Positions 9,596-19,182 of a stretch of DNA of 37,585 nucleotides are shown here, piece by piece. Every line of letters begins with the position of its first letter. The first letter of the stretch is position 1. Made by a program: the position numbers and the translations under genes. The notes below the pieces were generated by a model, which saw nothing but the letters and a program-made list of their open reading frames with translations, had not been told where the DNA came from and ran no database searches. The DNA lies in IMG/VR virus record IMGVR_UViG_3300006191_000010, positions 1 through 37,585 of that record; one strand, given 5' to 3'. The DNA is from a virus. Its lineage: Duplodnaviria; Caudoviricetes.

Positions 9596-12500
9596 ATGCC
9601 AGAAATTAAGCATAAATTTACCGGTGGTAAAATGAATAAAGACCTCGATGAGAGGCTTATTCCGAACGGCGATTATAGGAATGCGATGAACATACAGGTT
9701 TCAACTTCAGAAGGATCTGATGTTGGAACTATACAAAATGTGCTTGGGAATGAACATCCTGACATTGGCCAGGATTATATACCATCCGGGTCCGTGTGTA
9801 TAGGCTCTATAGCGGACGAAAAAAATGATTGTTTTTACTGGTTCACTACAGAGGGTTCTTTTAAAACAGCCTTTGAAGCAACTGGATCTGATTCGGCGAT
9901 TGGATTAAGCACGACTGTTATGGGAGGTGTTAACCAGCAAGGCCAAGGAAATCCTTGGAGCGCTAGTTACTGGTCACCCCCACTAGATGGTCTTAATGGC
10001 GAATCTAGTTTGTTTTTTGATTCTGAAGAGTACACTGTCAAAAGAACAAACACAATACATAGGCTTACAGAGCTACATAATCCTGATGAAGAATACGACT
10101 ACAAGATAGAAACTGTTTTTTTAGACGATGCTGGTTTAATAGTAAATATATGGAGGCCGGGTGGTGATTCTCAATCTGAAACTGCCGAGAGTTTACTTGC
10201 TTCTGGTACGGACTCAGTGGGTAATACAGCTACTTGCACCCCAAGCGCCGCTTGTAATGCTTTTAGTAATACTGTTTTAGGTGGTTACGCGATGTATGGT
10301 TTTAGAAACAATGGAATGGGATACGGTAGTTGGAGTGGACCTAATCCCGGTGTAAACACTAAGTTTCAACTAAATATCTATGATGCTGCTGACGTTAAAG
10401 TTGGCGACAGTGTTCAGGGTATAGGGTTTAACCCTTGGTCGGAATACCTTGGCTATGAGCCATATCAAAATTTCTTTAAGGAAGACACCTACGTGACAAG
10501 TAAAACCCTAATAACTAACTGGGTGAACCACAGTGGAGAAGCCAAAGAGCATCATGTTATAACCTGTAACAGGCCTGTTGGAGTTGCTTGGTACAATGCT
10601 GTAACTGGACAAGTTATTGACGATATTGCTTTTTCACCTAGCGACGGTTTGCCAGCAAGTAGCCTGGTAACACACTTACATTTTGACCATAGTGTTTTAA
10701 AGTTCTCTGACGAAAACCTTATAACAGGTATAAACATAGTTGATGACATGTTATTTTGGACAGACAATTCTTCAGAGCCAAAAAAAATAAACATACCAAG
10801 ATCAATAGAAGGAACGATTCCATCAGCACATAATCACACTAGACTTATAAACAAAGCAGAAGACATCACTTTTTCTTCGGGTATCGACATTAGAGAAGAG
10901 CACGTTACTGTTATAAAAAAGGCGCCAACGTCTCCACCTACAATAACGGTTAAAAGCGGTAGAGAGCCTGACCTCAACTACAGTGGTATTTTTTACACCC
11001 AAGAGCCAGGATCTGCACTTGATAGTTCGTTTCTTAATAACAATGGAACTCAATCCACAAGAGATAACTTTTCAGGACTAGGTGTTGGAGATACTTTCAG
11101 GATTAAGTTAGAAGAAAGAGTAGATGGTTTGTATCCTTTCAACAACCCATCGAGTTATGGTTTTAACAATACCTTGAGTGGATCTGGTTATCCACTTGAA
11201 TGGAATGATAATATTAACTATGATGTCGTGATAAAGCATTGTAGTGATATTGACGGAACAACACAACCATCACTTCCGCTAGGTGTTAACTGGGTTATAA
11301 AAGCAAAAATAATACCTTGGTCAAGAAATAATTTTGGAATAACCACGCCTACTACGTCGGATATTGGTGGGGTAATAGGTATGAAGTTAGAAATAGTGGC
11401 AATTCAATCAACACCGCTTGTGGCTGACTCGGCTGTAAATGGTGGTACGTTGAACTACGTTATTGATCTCTTTGATAAAAGCGAAAAAATATTTGAGTTT
11501 AAGTTCCCTAGGTTTGCGTATCGTTATCAATATGAAGATGGTGAACTCTCTACTTTTTCACCTTTTTCAGAAATTGGGTTTTCACCCGGCGGTTATACGT
11601 TTGAGCCTAACCAAGGCTACAACCTAGGTATGACAAACGCAGCAGCGTCTATAGATATACAAAACTTCATAACACAAGACATCCCTTTAGATGTAACTAG
11701 AATTGACTTACTATATAAAGATGATTCTTCACCAACAGTGTACTTAATAGAATCAGTTAGGCCTAAAGATGACAAGACTATATGGGACTCAGCGATACTT
11801 GACTACGTTAGCAGCTGGGACCAAAACAAGTACACTATTACAGAGGAAAACATATCAGCAGCACTTCCGTCAAATCAACTGTTAAGATCTTGGGATAACG
11901 TCCCTAGAAAAGCCCTAGCTCAAGAGGTTAGTGGCAACAGGATTATCTATGGTAACTACCTGCAAAATTACAGCTTGTATACTAACACTAAGGATAAAGT
12001 TAATGCTACCCCTAGCTTTAAACACTCATTAGTTTCTCATGAGCTTAACGATATTAGATCCATAAAAACACTAAGAGAATACCAACTAGGTGTTACTTTT
12101 TTAGATAAATTTGGTAGAGAAACACCCGTATTAACAAATCCTAATGGTTCTTTTAAAGTTCCTAAGTCGAGCTCCGTGAATAACAGTAGGTTAAAAGTTG
12201 GTTTACGAGGCGTGACAAAAGTACCGCAACACATGACTCATTTTAAGTTTTACATAAAACAAACTTCTAATGAGTACTATAACATGGCTATGGACAGGTA
12301 TTACGATGCTGAGGACGGTAACGTTTGGTTGGCATTCGCTTCTTCTGATAGGAATAAGATAGATATAGACACTTTTTTAATATTAAAAAAAGGCGTTAGC
12401 TCATCGGTTTTAGTTAAGGACAAGGCTAGGTATAAAGTATTGGCTATTGAAAACGAGGCTCCAGACTTCATAAAGACCGCTAAGATTTTAATATCCGACG

Positions 12501-15500
12501 CTAAACACAAGGAAAAAATGGATGATGGAAGTGGAACACTGATAACAAATACCGAACCGCTGTTTTCATTAACCACAATGGAAGGTTCCCCTGCTCAAGG
12601 TAGTAATACCTTTACTATGAATTGGAATGTGTTTTCAGGAAGCACTGGTAGAAACTTAGACAAGGTCTTGGATAAGGCTAATGGTCCTGCTGAACTATAT
12701 GTTGATTTTCACAATAGCCAAACTGGCGAAACATCTTCAAGGTATAGAATAGCAGAGCTAACTGCTGATTGGGATTCAGCACAAGATGAAGCAGATAACT
12801 TTTTTGTTAAAATAGCTGATAAAGGATTTGGCACTGATATAAACTTCACATGTAATACTCCTAGTAATCCAACTGCCGCAGATAATATTATAGATAACAT
12901 ACAAGTTAGGATTTATAAATACCAAGTAGAAAACAAACCTCAATTTGACGGTAGGTTTTTTGTTAAAATACTAATTGACCACGTTTTTGACGCGGCTATA
13001 AAGATAGTACAAGACGGAAACGTTGAATATATAGACACTCAAGTGAGAGACGTTTTTTATTTAGGCACAAATGCTGCTTACATGGCTAAAATGGCTCCTT
13101 TAAGATCTATGTGGGGTGGATATAGTTTTAACTCGTATAATCACCCTGAAACTGGTGATGAAACTAGATTGGCTAGATACATGGCTTACTTTCAGCCAAT
13201 GCTCATGCGAAACGCAGCACACACAGCTTTATACTCGTCAGTTGGTCCTATACAAGGTCACCCATCTACTACTCAAGAAGTTCCTGATGGTAACCCTTGG
13301 TCTGGAAACTACGTTGATACCTCAACTGGTGGGGGTTGGTACAATTCATCAGGTTCATGGGTTGGGAATAATTTTTACACATTAAACAAGTTGGCAGGCT
13401 ATCATTATACAGGTACTGATTGCATAGGCTCCGGTTTAGCATTAAGCGGTAATTGCATGGGCGGTTATAAATGGGACGTTAATGGCACTTGGTATATAGA
13501 CGGTTCACAGTTTTATGCTAATAGATCCAATGACGATTTTTACCAATCACCATCGGGAGCTGGTTGGACGGTTAAACCAGCTGGTAGTCACGGTGGAGGT
13601 ATTACTAATTACGGTAGATATGAGTTGGCAATGGGTGGTATAATAGCACATCCTTCGGCTACTGGTGTTTGGTCCCCACAGTCCCCACAAATGAGTTGGC
13701 AACACGACAACCCTAACGCAACTAGAAGCGCGGATGGAGTAAAATACGCTACAACTTGGGAAGGTGAGCCAATCTTTAGCAATAATGGCACGTTAACATT
13801 TGAGATGCAAAAATGGTACGATAACTCTTTGGGTGGTGCTAGTGGCTCTGTACCCGAGCATACTGTACCCGGTTTTTTTAATATACAAAGTCTTCCTGGT
13901 ATCACGAGTGGTTCAGCGCCAAATGACTATCATGACAATCAACACGCGTTTGCTGATTTGATATTTCAAGGTAAGAGGTTTAGATGGGCTGAAGACCCTA
14001 CTAATATAATAACAGAGATAGTGGGTGACATTGATCCATTCCGAAGAACACGAAACCCTGCGCATGGCACTAGCACTAGGACTTGGTCTACCAGTGACTC
14101 CGACGCTGGTTGGGGAGGTTATGGTACGGTAAATGATAGCAACTATAATACTGCAGAAAACGAATTACGACCAGCTAATTTCTCTAAAACCTTTAGGTTT
14201 AATACTATTGACGACACGGGAAGTCAAGCTATCGCTTGGAATCCAACCGCATTATCAGACCAGACAAATCACGGGCCTATACCAGGTGGTGTCAATATGG
14301 GTACAACTGATAATCCGGTCACTTACTTGGCTGGATTGAAAATAAAAATAGATAGTGGGTCTAGTAACTTCTTAAGCACTTGGAATGGTTATTCTGATGC
14401 TTGGGTTAACATAGACAACACTAGGGGTTACTGTGTTAATAACGCTGTACCTTACGATATAACTCATCAGCATTTTATCATAACAAAAGTTGGAAATGTT
14501 TCTATTACTAATAGCAATTTGTTAATAAGAAATATCGATGGAAATAGAGCTTATATAACTGGCTACCACTCGATGCTAGCACCTTCTGATTTCCCAACGT
14601 CTTTTAACGTTGGTGACGCTCTTGAATTACAACAAGCCTGTATGAATGGCATGTCTCAAGATGCTGCTGACTCAATAAATTCTACGCCCAACGTGTATGG
14701 GAAGCACATTGGAGCTGTAGGTTATACTTTTAAATTTCAAGAGCCACTAGAGTTTGTTGAGGGCGAGTTCTTACCACCAGACCCAGCGGTGTGGGAGACG
14801 GAGCCAAAAGATGATGTTGATATAGATATTTACTACGCAGCAAGTTCGCCTATACCAGTCGCTCTAAACGACACTACTATACGCACCGCTTTGCCTATTG
14901 GAACCCTTCTTTCAGCTCAAGGAGCTTGGTTTACAAGCGACCAATCCGTGGTGAACAATTATGATAACGTTGTTGAGGTTTCAGATCCCTTCATGACAGA
15001 CGCCTCAAGTTCATCTGTAGGTATGATGGTTGGGGACGTGTTGCAAGCTACAATGCCTGACGGCACTATTATGGGTTATGGAATTGAAGGCTTTTTGTAC
15101 GAAAATAGCTCTTATCCAATTGCTGATCATTTGATTCTTAGCACTAACATACTTACTTCTAATGTTAGATTAAATTGGCACAACTGTTACTCCTGGGGTA
15201 ACGGTGTTGAATCTAACAGGATTAGAGACAATTACAACCAACCGTATATAAGTAACGGTGTTGTTGTTTCTACAACATTAGAAGAGTATGACGAGGAACG
15301 TAAAAAATATGGATTAATATATTCTGGAATATACAACTCTGTTAGTGGTATTAACGATACTAATCAATTTATTGCTGCGGAAAAGATCACTAAAGATGTA
15401 AACCCTATATACGGTAGCATACAAAAGTTACACTCAAGATCTTCGGCTGATGGTGATTTGATCACGCTTTGTGAAGATAGAATTTTAAAAATACTAGCAG

Positions 15501-18500
15501 ATAAAGACGCTGTGTTCAATGCTGACGGAAACGCTAACCTAACAGCTTCTAACAAGGTACTAGGGCAGGCTATACCTTACGCTGGTGACTATGGCATATC
15601 TAAAAACCCAGAGTCATTCGCGTCTGAGTCTTACCGAGTGTATTTCACAGATAAAGTTAGGGGAGCAGTTATGAGGTTGTCTAAAGATGGGTTAACACCA
15701 ATTTCATCCTATGGTATGAAAGATTGGTTTAGAGACCACCTAAGCAAGACTAGCTCTATATACGGTAGTTATGATGATAAAAAAGAAGAATACAATGTAA
15801 CTCTTCAGTTCCCTGGTACGGTTGTAGCTGAAAATCAAATTTCACAAACTACGGTTTCATACAGGGAGGACACAAAAGGGTGGGTTAGTTTTAAGTCATT
15901 TACGCCAGAAAACGCTCTGAGTTGCGCTAATGAGTATTACACTATAAATAACGGTTTAGCTTGGCATCACCACGCGGATCCTCTCACGATCTCGCACAAC
16001 ACTTTCTATAACGTATTTGAAAAATCTTCTTTTGAGGTTATTTTCAACGAGTTTCCGGCGGCTATAAAATCGTTTAAAACATTAAATTACGAAGGTACTC
16101 AATCTAAAGTGTCTCAAGTATTTGACCCTAATGTAGGTGGTTTACTAAACGATGGTGTGTTTCACAACCTCGCGAGTTCAGATGGCTGGTTTGTTGATAA
16201 CATAACAACAGATCAAGATACTGGTAGTATGGCTGAATTTATAAATAAAGAAGGAAAGTGGTTTAACTACATGCAAGGCGAACAACTAAATGTAACCTCG
16301 TATCTTGCTGAAAACTATGATAGTGGTGATTTTGCTCATCAAGGTATTGGTTTCAGTTTAGCGGCACCTATTCAATCAGCTATATTTGGCTGTATGGATC
16401 CACTTGCCTTTAATTATAATTCTTTGGCTGATTTTCCAAACGATCCAGACGACTGTGCTCCATTCGTATATGGTTGTACAACTCCTGGCGCGTTTAATTA
16501 TAACGCAAACGTGAATACAGATGATGGTTCTTGTATCTGGATGGGATGTACGGATGGCCCAACCTCTGGCTTAATGACATTAAACGGTTGTGGACTTGGG
16601 TGTACTGGGGCTATGAACTTTGATTCTATCGCCAATACAGATGATGGTTCTTGTATTTACTGTATATATGGTTGTACAGATTCTACAATGTTTAACTATG
16701 ACGCATCGGCTACTTGTGATGATGGCAATTGCATACCGTTTATACCTGGGTGCATGGACACTTACAATGGAAACGTGCAAAACTATAACTCTTCAGCTAA
16801 TATAGATGATGGATCATGTGACTACACTGGTTGCCCGGAGTCGTCAGGAGCTGATAACGCTGGAGCTCCTCTACCAGCAGGTTTATTGGCTTTAACAACA
16901 AACGGAGACCCTCTGCTACGCACAAGTACGGCTTGTTGGGCAAATTACACTCCTTATAACAACTATCCATTTAGCGTTACTTTAGTGCAGCCTTACCCTG
17001 GGCCAAGTGCAAGTAACAGTTACCTAGACGATATAAATTCTTGGCTTGGATCACAGTCTCTTACACCTATTACATACGTACCGCCTTGTCCTACTGTGGA
17101 TAATGGCACTTGTAGTTATGATGGTTGTATGGATGATGGTCAATTAAATAATAGTATATATCCGCCTTATCCTGCGATTAATTACGATCCTACCGCTACA
17201 GTTCAGTCGCTAGCAAATTGTGTTTACTGTGGAGATACAACGGCGTTTAACTATGACTATGCTGACTTGCAGGACCCGCTCGGAAGCTTTGACGCGTGTT
17301 TATACTGCCCTGACTTACAAAGCACGTTGGTCGTTGACAATCCTCAGTTAGATTCTTTCGACATAACTTGGTCAATACCCGCTGGTATAAACATACTACC
17401 TCCAGGACCATTGAGCCCAGGTGATAGTGGTATAAATAATATTCAAATCCAATGGGGTAAATCAAGTGAGGTACCACCTTATACTATAGGGCTACAAACA
17501 AACCCTGGTGGTGGAAGCTTTTCGTACAATCCATATGACTTTAATGTTAGCAATGCTAACTATCCAGCTATAACGGACAATGGTGATGGTACTTTTACTA
17601 TAACTGTTTCATTAGGTCAGTTTGCTGATGGAATACTATTGGGAGCGCCGGGAATAGCACCAAATACAGAATACAGTGTTGCAGTTGATACTTTCTGCTC
17701 TAACAATCCTGTAGACGCTGTTCCGGCAAACACAATACTTACTAGCAACTTTGTAAACTCAAACACGGTTTCTCAAGTACAGATAACAACGTTAACACCA
17801 CCACCTACACCTGTTGTTGGGTGTTTAAGTGATCCACTAGCGATCAACTACATGTGTGGTCCGAACAACACTGGAACTAATAACCCTAACTCTCAAGTAC
17901 CATGTACTGGTGTCAATGGACCTATAGTTGGTGGAATAGATCCAGCTAATGGATTGATAGTGAACACAGATGATGGTTCGTGTGTTACTGCTGTGACTGG
18001 TTGTACTGATGATGGTTATTGTACTGATGGTAGTATAACTTACTCGAGCTACCACCCTTGCTACAACTCTCTTTATCAAACTTCTAACAGTCCATTCAAT
18101 GGATTTGCTGCGGAAAATTGGGATCCAGCTGCTAATAGCGATGACGGCTCTTGTGAATACACAGGCTGTATGACTGCTAGTGATTGCAACTACGATGCCA
18201 ACTACAATATTCCTTGTGTCGATGATAATGGAGTAACCAATGGTACTGGTGGAAATTGTTGTGGTGGATGTGGTGACAATCTTGCTCTTAACTGGTCTGG
18301 TTTCACTAACACCAACTGCCTTGCTACTTGTGAGTATTGTTCTTTGCTTCCATCTCCAATAACCACTGATCCACTGATTGGTTTAGGAGTAAACATCTCA
18401 ACAACTGGAGGCACAAGAGTTGTGAACGGCGTTACATACCTCGGTATAAGTATTACAACAAGTTTCCCTTCAGGTTTTGACTTTAGTGTTGTTAATCAAG

Positions 18501-18796
18501 CTACTGGACTAAATTGGTATGAAATTCACCTAAAAGTTAAAGAGGTAGGAGTTGGTGGATTTGACGTTCCTTACCTTCAAATAGACCTATCTAACCCACC
18601 TGCAACTGGCCAAGCATTCACAAAGACTTATTCAGCGTGGAACAACACTGGAATGCAAATTTTCAACCCTGCAATAAAACAAGGCGTTGCTTATGAATTT
18701 CAGTTCGGAGTTATTTGCACCGTAAATAATCCAAACGGCTCAAATTACAGTGTTGGTATGGCAGATAACTTATGGCAAGGACCGTTTACTTATTAA
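9596..18796 (+). CDS. Tail stabilisation/muzzle protein (crAss-like, P22 gp10-type), 3066 aa, with large insertions and a C-terminal Cys-rich repeat/FN3-like extension
   Basis: N-terminus GKMNKDLDERLIPNGDYRNAMN, LFWTDNSSEPKKINI, KFPRFAYRYQYEDGE, GNRIIYGNY, NGVESNRIRD, YGISKNPESFA, YFTDKVRGAVMRLS, GWVSFKSF, and KEGKWFNY. Confidence 0.82.
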   Translation: MPEIKHKFTGGKMNKDLDERLIPNGDYRNAMNIQVSTSEGSDVGTIQNVLGNEHPDIGQDYIPSGSVCIGSIADEKNDCFYWFTTEGSFKTAFEATGSDSAIGLSTTVMGGVNQQGQGNPWSASYWSPPLDGLNGESSLFFDSEEYTVKRTNTIHRLTELHNPDEEYDYKIETVFLDDAGLIVNIWRPGGDSQSETAESLLASGTDSVGNTATCTPSAACNAFSNTVLGGYAMYGFRNNGMGYGSWSGPNPGVNTKFQLNIYDAADVKVGDSVQGIGFNPWSEYLGYEPYQNFFKEDTYVTSKTLITNWVNHSGEAKEHHVITCNRPVGVAWYNAVTGQVIDDIAFSPSDGLPASSLVTHLHFDHSVLKFSDENLITGINIVDDMLFWTDNSSEPKKINIPRSIEGTIPSAHNHTRLINKAEDITFSSGIDIREEHVTVIKKAPTSPPTITVKSGREPDLNYSGIFYTQEPGSALDSSFLNNNGTQSTRDNFSGLGVGDTFRIKLEERVDGLYPFNNPSSYGFNNTLSGSGYPLEWNDNINYDVVIKHCSDIDGTTQPSLPLGVNWVIKAKIIPWSRNNFGITTPTTSDIGGVIGMKLEIVAIQSTPLVADSAVNGGTLNYVIDLFDKSEKIFEFKFPRFAYRYQYEDGELSTFSPFSEIGFSPGGYTFEPNQGYNLGMTNAAASIDIQNFITQDIPLDVTRIDLLYKDDSSPTVYLIESVRPKDDKTIWDSAILDYVSSWDQNKYTITEENISAALPSNQLLRSWDNVPRKALAQEVSGNRIIYGNYLQNYSLYTNTKDKVNATPSFKHSLVSHELNDIRSIKTLREYQLGVTFLDKFGRETPVLTNPNGSFKVPKSSSVNNSRLKVGLRGVTKVPQHMTHFKFYIKQTSNEYYNMAMDRYYDAEDGNVWLAFASSDRNKIDIDTFLILKKGVSSSVLVKDKARYKVLAIENEAPDFIKTAKILISDAKHKEKMDDGSGTLITNTEPLFSLTTMEGSPAQGSNTFTMNWNVFSGSTGRNLDKVLDKANGPAELYVDFHNSQTGETSSRYRIAELTADWDSAQDEADNFFVKIADKGFGTDINFTCNTPSNPTAADNIIDNIQVRIYKYQVENKPQFDGRFFVKILIDHVFDAAIKIVQDGNVEYIDTQVRDVFYLGTNAAYMAKMAPLRSMWGGYSFNSYNHPETGDETRLARYMAYFQPMLMRNAAHTALYSSVGPIQGHPSTTQEVPDGNPWSGNYVDTSTGGGWYNSSGSWVGNNFYTLNKLAGYHYTGTDCIGSGLALSGNCMGGYKWDVNGTWYIDGSQFYANRSNDDFYQSPSGAGWTVKPAGSHGGGITNYGRYELAMGGIIAHPSATGVWSPQSPQMSWQHDNPNATRSADGVKYATTWEGEPIFSNNGTLTFEMQKWYDNSLGGASGSVPEHTVPGFFNIQSLPGITSGSAPNDYHDNQHAFADLIFQGKRFRWAEDPTNIITEIVGDIDPFRRTRNPAHGTSTRTWSTSDSDAGWGGYGTVNDSNYNTAENELRPANFSKTFRFNTIDDTGSQAIAWNPTALSDQTNHGPIPGGVNMGTTDNPVTYLAGLKIKIDSGSSNFLSTWNGYSDAWVNIDNTRGYCVNNAVPYDITHQHFIITKVGNVSITNSNLLIRNIDGNRAYITGYHSMLAPSDFPTSFNVGDALELQQACMNGMSQDAADSINSTPNVYGKHIGAVGYTFKFQEPLEFVEGEFLPPDPAVWETEPKDDVDIDIYYAASSPIPVALNDTTIRTALPIGTLLSAQGAWFTSDQSVVNNYDNVVEVSDPFMTDASSSSVGMMVGDVLQATMPDGTIMGYGIEGFLYENSSYPIADHLILSTNILTSNVRLNWHNCYSWGNGVESNRIRDNYNQPYISNGVVVSTTLEEYDEERKKYGLIYSGIYNSVSGINDTNQFIAAEKITKDVNPIYGSIQKLHSRSSADGDLITLCEDRILKILADKDAVFNADGNANLTASNKVLGQAIPYAGDYGISKNPESFASESYRVYFTDKVRGAVMRLSKDGLTPISSYGMKDWFRDHLSKTSSIYGSYDDKKEEYNVTLQFPGTVVAENQISQTTVSYREDTKGWVSFKSFTPENALSCANEYYTINNGLAWHHHADPLTISHNTFYNVFEKSSFEVIFNEFPAAIKSFKTLNYEGTQSKVSQVFDPNVGGLLNDGVFHNLASSDGWFVDNITTDQDTGSMAEFINKEGKWFNYMQGEQLNVTSYLAENYDSGDFAHQGIGFSLAAPIQSAIFGCMDPLAFNYNSLADFPNDPDDCAPFVYGCTTPGAFNYNANVNTDDGSCIWMGCTDGPTSGLMTLNGCGLGCTGAMNFDSIANTDDGSCIYCIYGCTDSTMFNYDASATCDDGNCIPFIPGCMDTYNGNVQNYNSSANIDDGSCDYTGCPESSGADNAGAPLPAGLLALTTNGDPLLRTSTACWANYTPYNNYPFSVTLVQPYPGPSASNSYLDDINSWLGSQSLTPITYVPPCPTVDNGTCSYDGCMDDGQLNNSIYPPYPAINYDPTATVQSLANCVYCGDTTAFNYDYADLQDPLGSFDACLYCPDLQSTLVVDNPQLDSFDITWSIPAGINILPPGPLSPGDSGINNIQIQWGKSSEVPPYTIGLQTNPGGGSFSYNPYDFNVSNANYPAITDNGDGTFTITVSLGQFADGILLGAPGIAPNTEYSVAVDTFCSNNPVDAVPANTILTSNFVNSNTVSQVQITTLTPPPTPVVGCLSDPLAINYMCGPNNTGTNNPNSQVPCTGVNGPIVGGIDPANGLIVNTDDGSCVTAVTGCTDDGYCTDGSITYSSYHPCYNSLYQTSNSPFNGFAAENWDPAANSDDGSCEYTGCMTASDCNYDANYNIPCVDDNGVTNGTGGNCCGGCGDNLALNWSGFTNTNCLATCEYCSLLPSPITTDPLIGLGVNISTTGGTRVVNGVTYLGISITTSFPSGFDFSVVNQATGLNWYEIHLKVKEVGVGGFDVPYLQIDLSNPPATGQAFTKTYSAWNNTGMQIFNPAIKQGVAYEFQFGVICTVNNPNGSNYSVGMADNLWQGPFTY
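16388..18340 (+). repeat. About 12 degenerate GC(T/M)D-x-A-x-NY...DDGSC repeats in the muzzle C-terminal extension
   Basis: Examples: FGCMDPLAFNY, YGCTTPGAFNYNANVNTDDGSC, YGCTDSTMFNY, VGCLSDPLAINY. An exact 23-bp direct repeat AATACAGATGATGGTTCTTGTAT lies at 16514-16536 and 16634-16656. Confidence 0.88.
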
Positions 18797-18814
18797 AAAC
18801 TAAAACCTAGAAAA

Positions 18815-19171
18815 ATGCAGCACTTAGATATAAGCTTTACTAACATAAATATTTCTGTTCAAGTTGGGGACTTGATATTCTATATCCCCATTTACAGCAC
18901 TGCTGGTGGGTTTGATTTTTCCAATGCGCCAAAGCGATTATTTGGTGCTGTTGTTGAAATTGACGGTAACACCATTACAGTTGAGTATGACGATATAAAC
19001 AACGTGTATGATCCACCCCTTCCTGGTGACTATATAATGTTTGCGAAAGATCAAGTTGTGAATAAATCTGGTTTAAAAGGTTACTACTTGAGCGCAAACT
19101 TTGTGAACAGTTCAAAAGGACCGGTAGAATTATACTCAGTTGGCTCAGAGGTTTCAGAAAGTAGTAAATAA
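18815..19171 (+). CDS. Conserved tail-associated protein (118 aa)
   Basis: NISVQVGDLIFY N-terminus and GLKGYY...VELYSVGSEVSESSK C-terminus, directly after the muzzle gene. Confidence 0.7.
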   Translation: MQHLDISFTNINISVQVGDLIFYIPIYSTAGGFDFSNAPKRLFGAVVEIDGNTITVEYDDINNVYDPPLPGDYIMFAKDQVVNKSGLKGYYLSANFVNSSKGPVELYSVGSEVSESSK

Positions 19172-19182
19172 AAATAAAATAA

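Noticed and set aside
9590-9598. TAG-TCC-ATG in-frame junction suggesting readthrough fusion of ring and muzzle genes
   Set aside because: The same stop + 3 nt + ATG spacing occurs with TAA at 8195-8203 and 23453-23461, so it is ordinary packing. There is no sign of TAG recoding.
13116-17477. Alternative-frame ORFs inside the muzzle gene (13116, 14133, 16620, 17247) as overprinted genes or frameshift products
   Set aside because: They are short, have no recognisable motifs or slippery sites, and are expected by chance in a 9-kb gene.
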